Below, one piece after another: positions 61,917 through 64,000 of a DNA stretch of 64,000 nt. Position 1 is the stretch's first letter, and each line of letters opens with the position of its first letter. The stretch is from the human T2T-CHM13v2.0 reference genome, Homo sapiens. Location of the stretch: the NCBI RefSeq assembly GCF_009914755.1, contig NC_060947.1; one strand, given 5' to 3'. The notes beneath the pieces were generated by a model that worked only from the letters and a program-made list of their open reading frames with translations, did not search any database and was not told the origin of the DNA. The position numbers and the translations under genes are program-made.

Positions 61917-62789
61917 GGAGCAAATTTGAATTTATGGCCACCTTGGCTTTTGGCGATAATCAATGGCTTCCCCTAAGATCAATTGCTCATTGATTTTCAA
62001 TTTTACCATGACCTTCCTGCGTGTGCATGGGCCCGGGGGTGGTAGTGGCTGGCACTTGATTTTCCATTAAAGAGGCCCATGATTTTCTTTAAAAAAAGGA
62101 AAATATGGTTCTTGTTCAGTTATAAAATATTCATACTATAGGACAATAAGTTGCCTTATGGATCACCAGTGATCCTCAGACCAATCTCAGAAAACAACCA
62201 AAAAAATTCACTCTTTGGTGCATTGTCACAACACGTTTTAAGGCTGAAGCTAACTCAGTAATGGATTCAACTATGATCTATTTTGTATTGATGCAAAGTC
62301 ATTTGGTAAAACATCATCCTCCAACAAAATGGTTCAAATAAGTATTGATGAAGTTGCAGCATGGAAAGCCTATTGTATTCAGGCAGTGTTAGGATTGTCT
62401 AAAATAAACAATCTTGGGATCCATAGATGTCTCAGATTTGCATTATTGTTTGAGGTGTAATTGAAATTAAAACATTCATAAGTGTATTTATGTCTGTCTC
62501 AGATTCAGAGAATGAGTGGCAAGGAAAGTCCTTGATATTACCAAATGAGTGAATAGCTTCTTGTAGTGTCTCTTATCTCTGAAAATTAAAGAGAAGTTTG
62601 TTCAATTATCATTCTGCATCATTGTATTAAAAAATACCTTTCTAGATTCATCTTATAAATATAGTTTTGAAAGTTATTTCAGTAAGATTGCAGAGAAGGC
62701 TTAATTTTTTCTATAGACTTTCAGATAGACAAGGTAACTAAGCTCTTTTTCTACAATGAAAACAAAACATATAAGCTTTCAGTAACTCT

Positions 62790-62965
62790 GGGTATGTTGA
62801 GCAGTGACTGGATAAAGTAGCAGTCAGGAGTTCTAAGTTCTAATTTCACCTCAGCTACTATTGTCTCTAAATCTGTTTGTACATCTAAGAAGCAAGCGGA
62901 TTTAGTTTGTCTAGACTTCCAAATTTGGCTCTGCTGAATCTAGGGAGTTCCATGTTTTCCTCAAA
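62790..62965 (+). mobile_element. MIR, degenerate
   Basis: GTCAGGAGTTCTAAGTTCTAATTTCACCTCAGCTACTA. Confidence 0.45.
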
Positions 62966-63074
62966 AGTCACATTTAGGCAGGAGAGAAAGGAGAAAAGAT
63001 TTCCTTTCATGTCTTGAGCAGTCAAAAATTTCAGGTTTCCAACACATTTCAACCAAATGATGGGTCTGATGTCC

Positions 63075-64000
63075 TTCATGCCCATGACTTTAGTAACCCT
63101 CTATATGCAGATAACTTCTAAATGTGTATCTCCATATCACATGCCTCTTGTGAGCATCCAATTGTCTGCATCCAATTGCCTACTCAATATCTCCAACTGA
63201 ATGTTCCAAAACCCTATCACACTCAACATGCCCAAGACCAAATTCTTGATCTTCCACAACCAAATGGCATCTTGCTATGTTCTTTATCACAGTAAGTAGC
63301 ATCAGTATCCTTTCAGTTGTGCAATCCTTAAAACTAGGCATTATCCTAGACACCTTCTACTTCCTTACCTCTATTTGTCCTCACTCTCACATCCTGTGAA
63401 TTTGACTCTCTAATATTCCTTGAGTGATTTCACATCTCTCCATTAATCCTGTGACAAAACTAGTCCAAGCTGATATCATCTCTTGCCTGGATTATAAGAG
63501 TTTTCAAACTGGTCTGTCTGCTTCTTCTCTGAATCTCTGCCCCCTTTCAATCAATTCTCCATATTTAAAGCAGATTTACCTTTTAAAGCCAATTCTGACC
63601 TTGTTACTTTCTTTATTAAAGTATTCCAGTGGATCGCGATCATCTTTGGGAAAAGACCAAACTCCTTTACGTAGCTTACAAAGCTATATATATATATATA
63701 GTTTTTTTTTCCTGTCTCCTTCTCTAGATTCGTTTCATCTCACGTTGTCTTTGTTGTGCTGTAGCCACCTGCATCTTCCTTTCGGCTCTTGTATAGGCCA
63801 TGGTCTCTTCTGCCACAGGATCTTTGCATGTGTTATCTTCATTTAAAATGCTCTTACTGCTCCATTCCATTCTCCAAATATCCCACCTGGTTAATTCCTA
63901 CTCTTCCTTTAGACAATTGTTCAGGAGTTAATACTTCAGGAAAACTTTGCAAAATTCTCATTCTGGGTCACGTCTTTTGTTCTTTGATACTTTTATAACC
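63075..64000 (+). mobile_element. L2, degenerate
   Basis: CCAATTGCCTACTCAATATCTCCAACTGAATGT; CTCAACATGCCCAAGACCAAATTC; GGATCTTTGCATGTGTT. Confidence 0.75.

Larger units (their letters stand above)
55985..61944. mobile_element. MER94-like hAT-Blackjack MITE split by the MER4 provirus (55985-56088 and 61921-61944)
   Basis: GAGAGTGAAAGAGGCACTATTAATAA...TAAACCAGGACT on the left; TATGGCCACCTT (TIR-like) on the right. Confidence 0.6.

Overview
Primate genomic DNA, most likely human or another great ape (AluY, HERV-W LTR17, THE1 and MER4 elements are present). It is intergenic or deep-intronic, AT-rich and dominated by interspersed repeats: L1, L2, MIR, Alu, MaLR/ERVL/ERV1 LTRs and hAT/Tigger/Mariner fossils. 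I can support no intact protein-coding or RNA gene; the ORF track is repeat-derived or chance. The standout is a 7.25-kb insertion (41611-48860) that splits a MER34-type LTR between target-site duplications. It consists of about 390 bp I recognise as COL4A5 exon 1 (5' UTR plus the 27-codon signal-peptide CDS, now dead), a 37-nt linker and a full-length L1PA16-like element. This looks like an ancient 5' transduction from a COL4A5-promoter-driven, probably spliced, exon1-L1 chimeric mRNA. Also notable: a 92-bp templated insertion inside an MST LTR, an L1MA lacking most of ORF2, complete THE1C and MER4 proviruses, a HERV-W solo LTR and a young AluY. Family names come from my recall of consensus sequences, not a database search. 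Boundaries of old elements are approximate.
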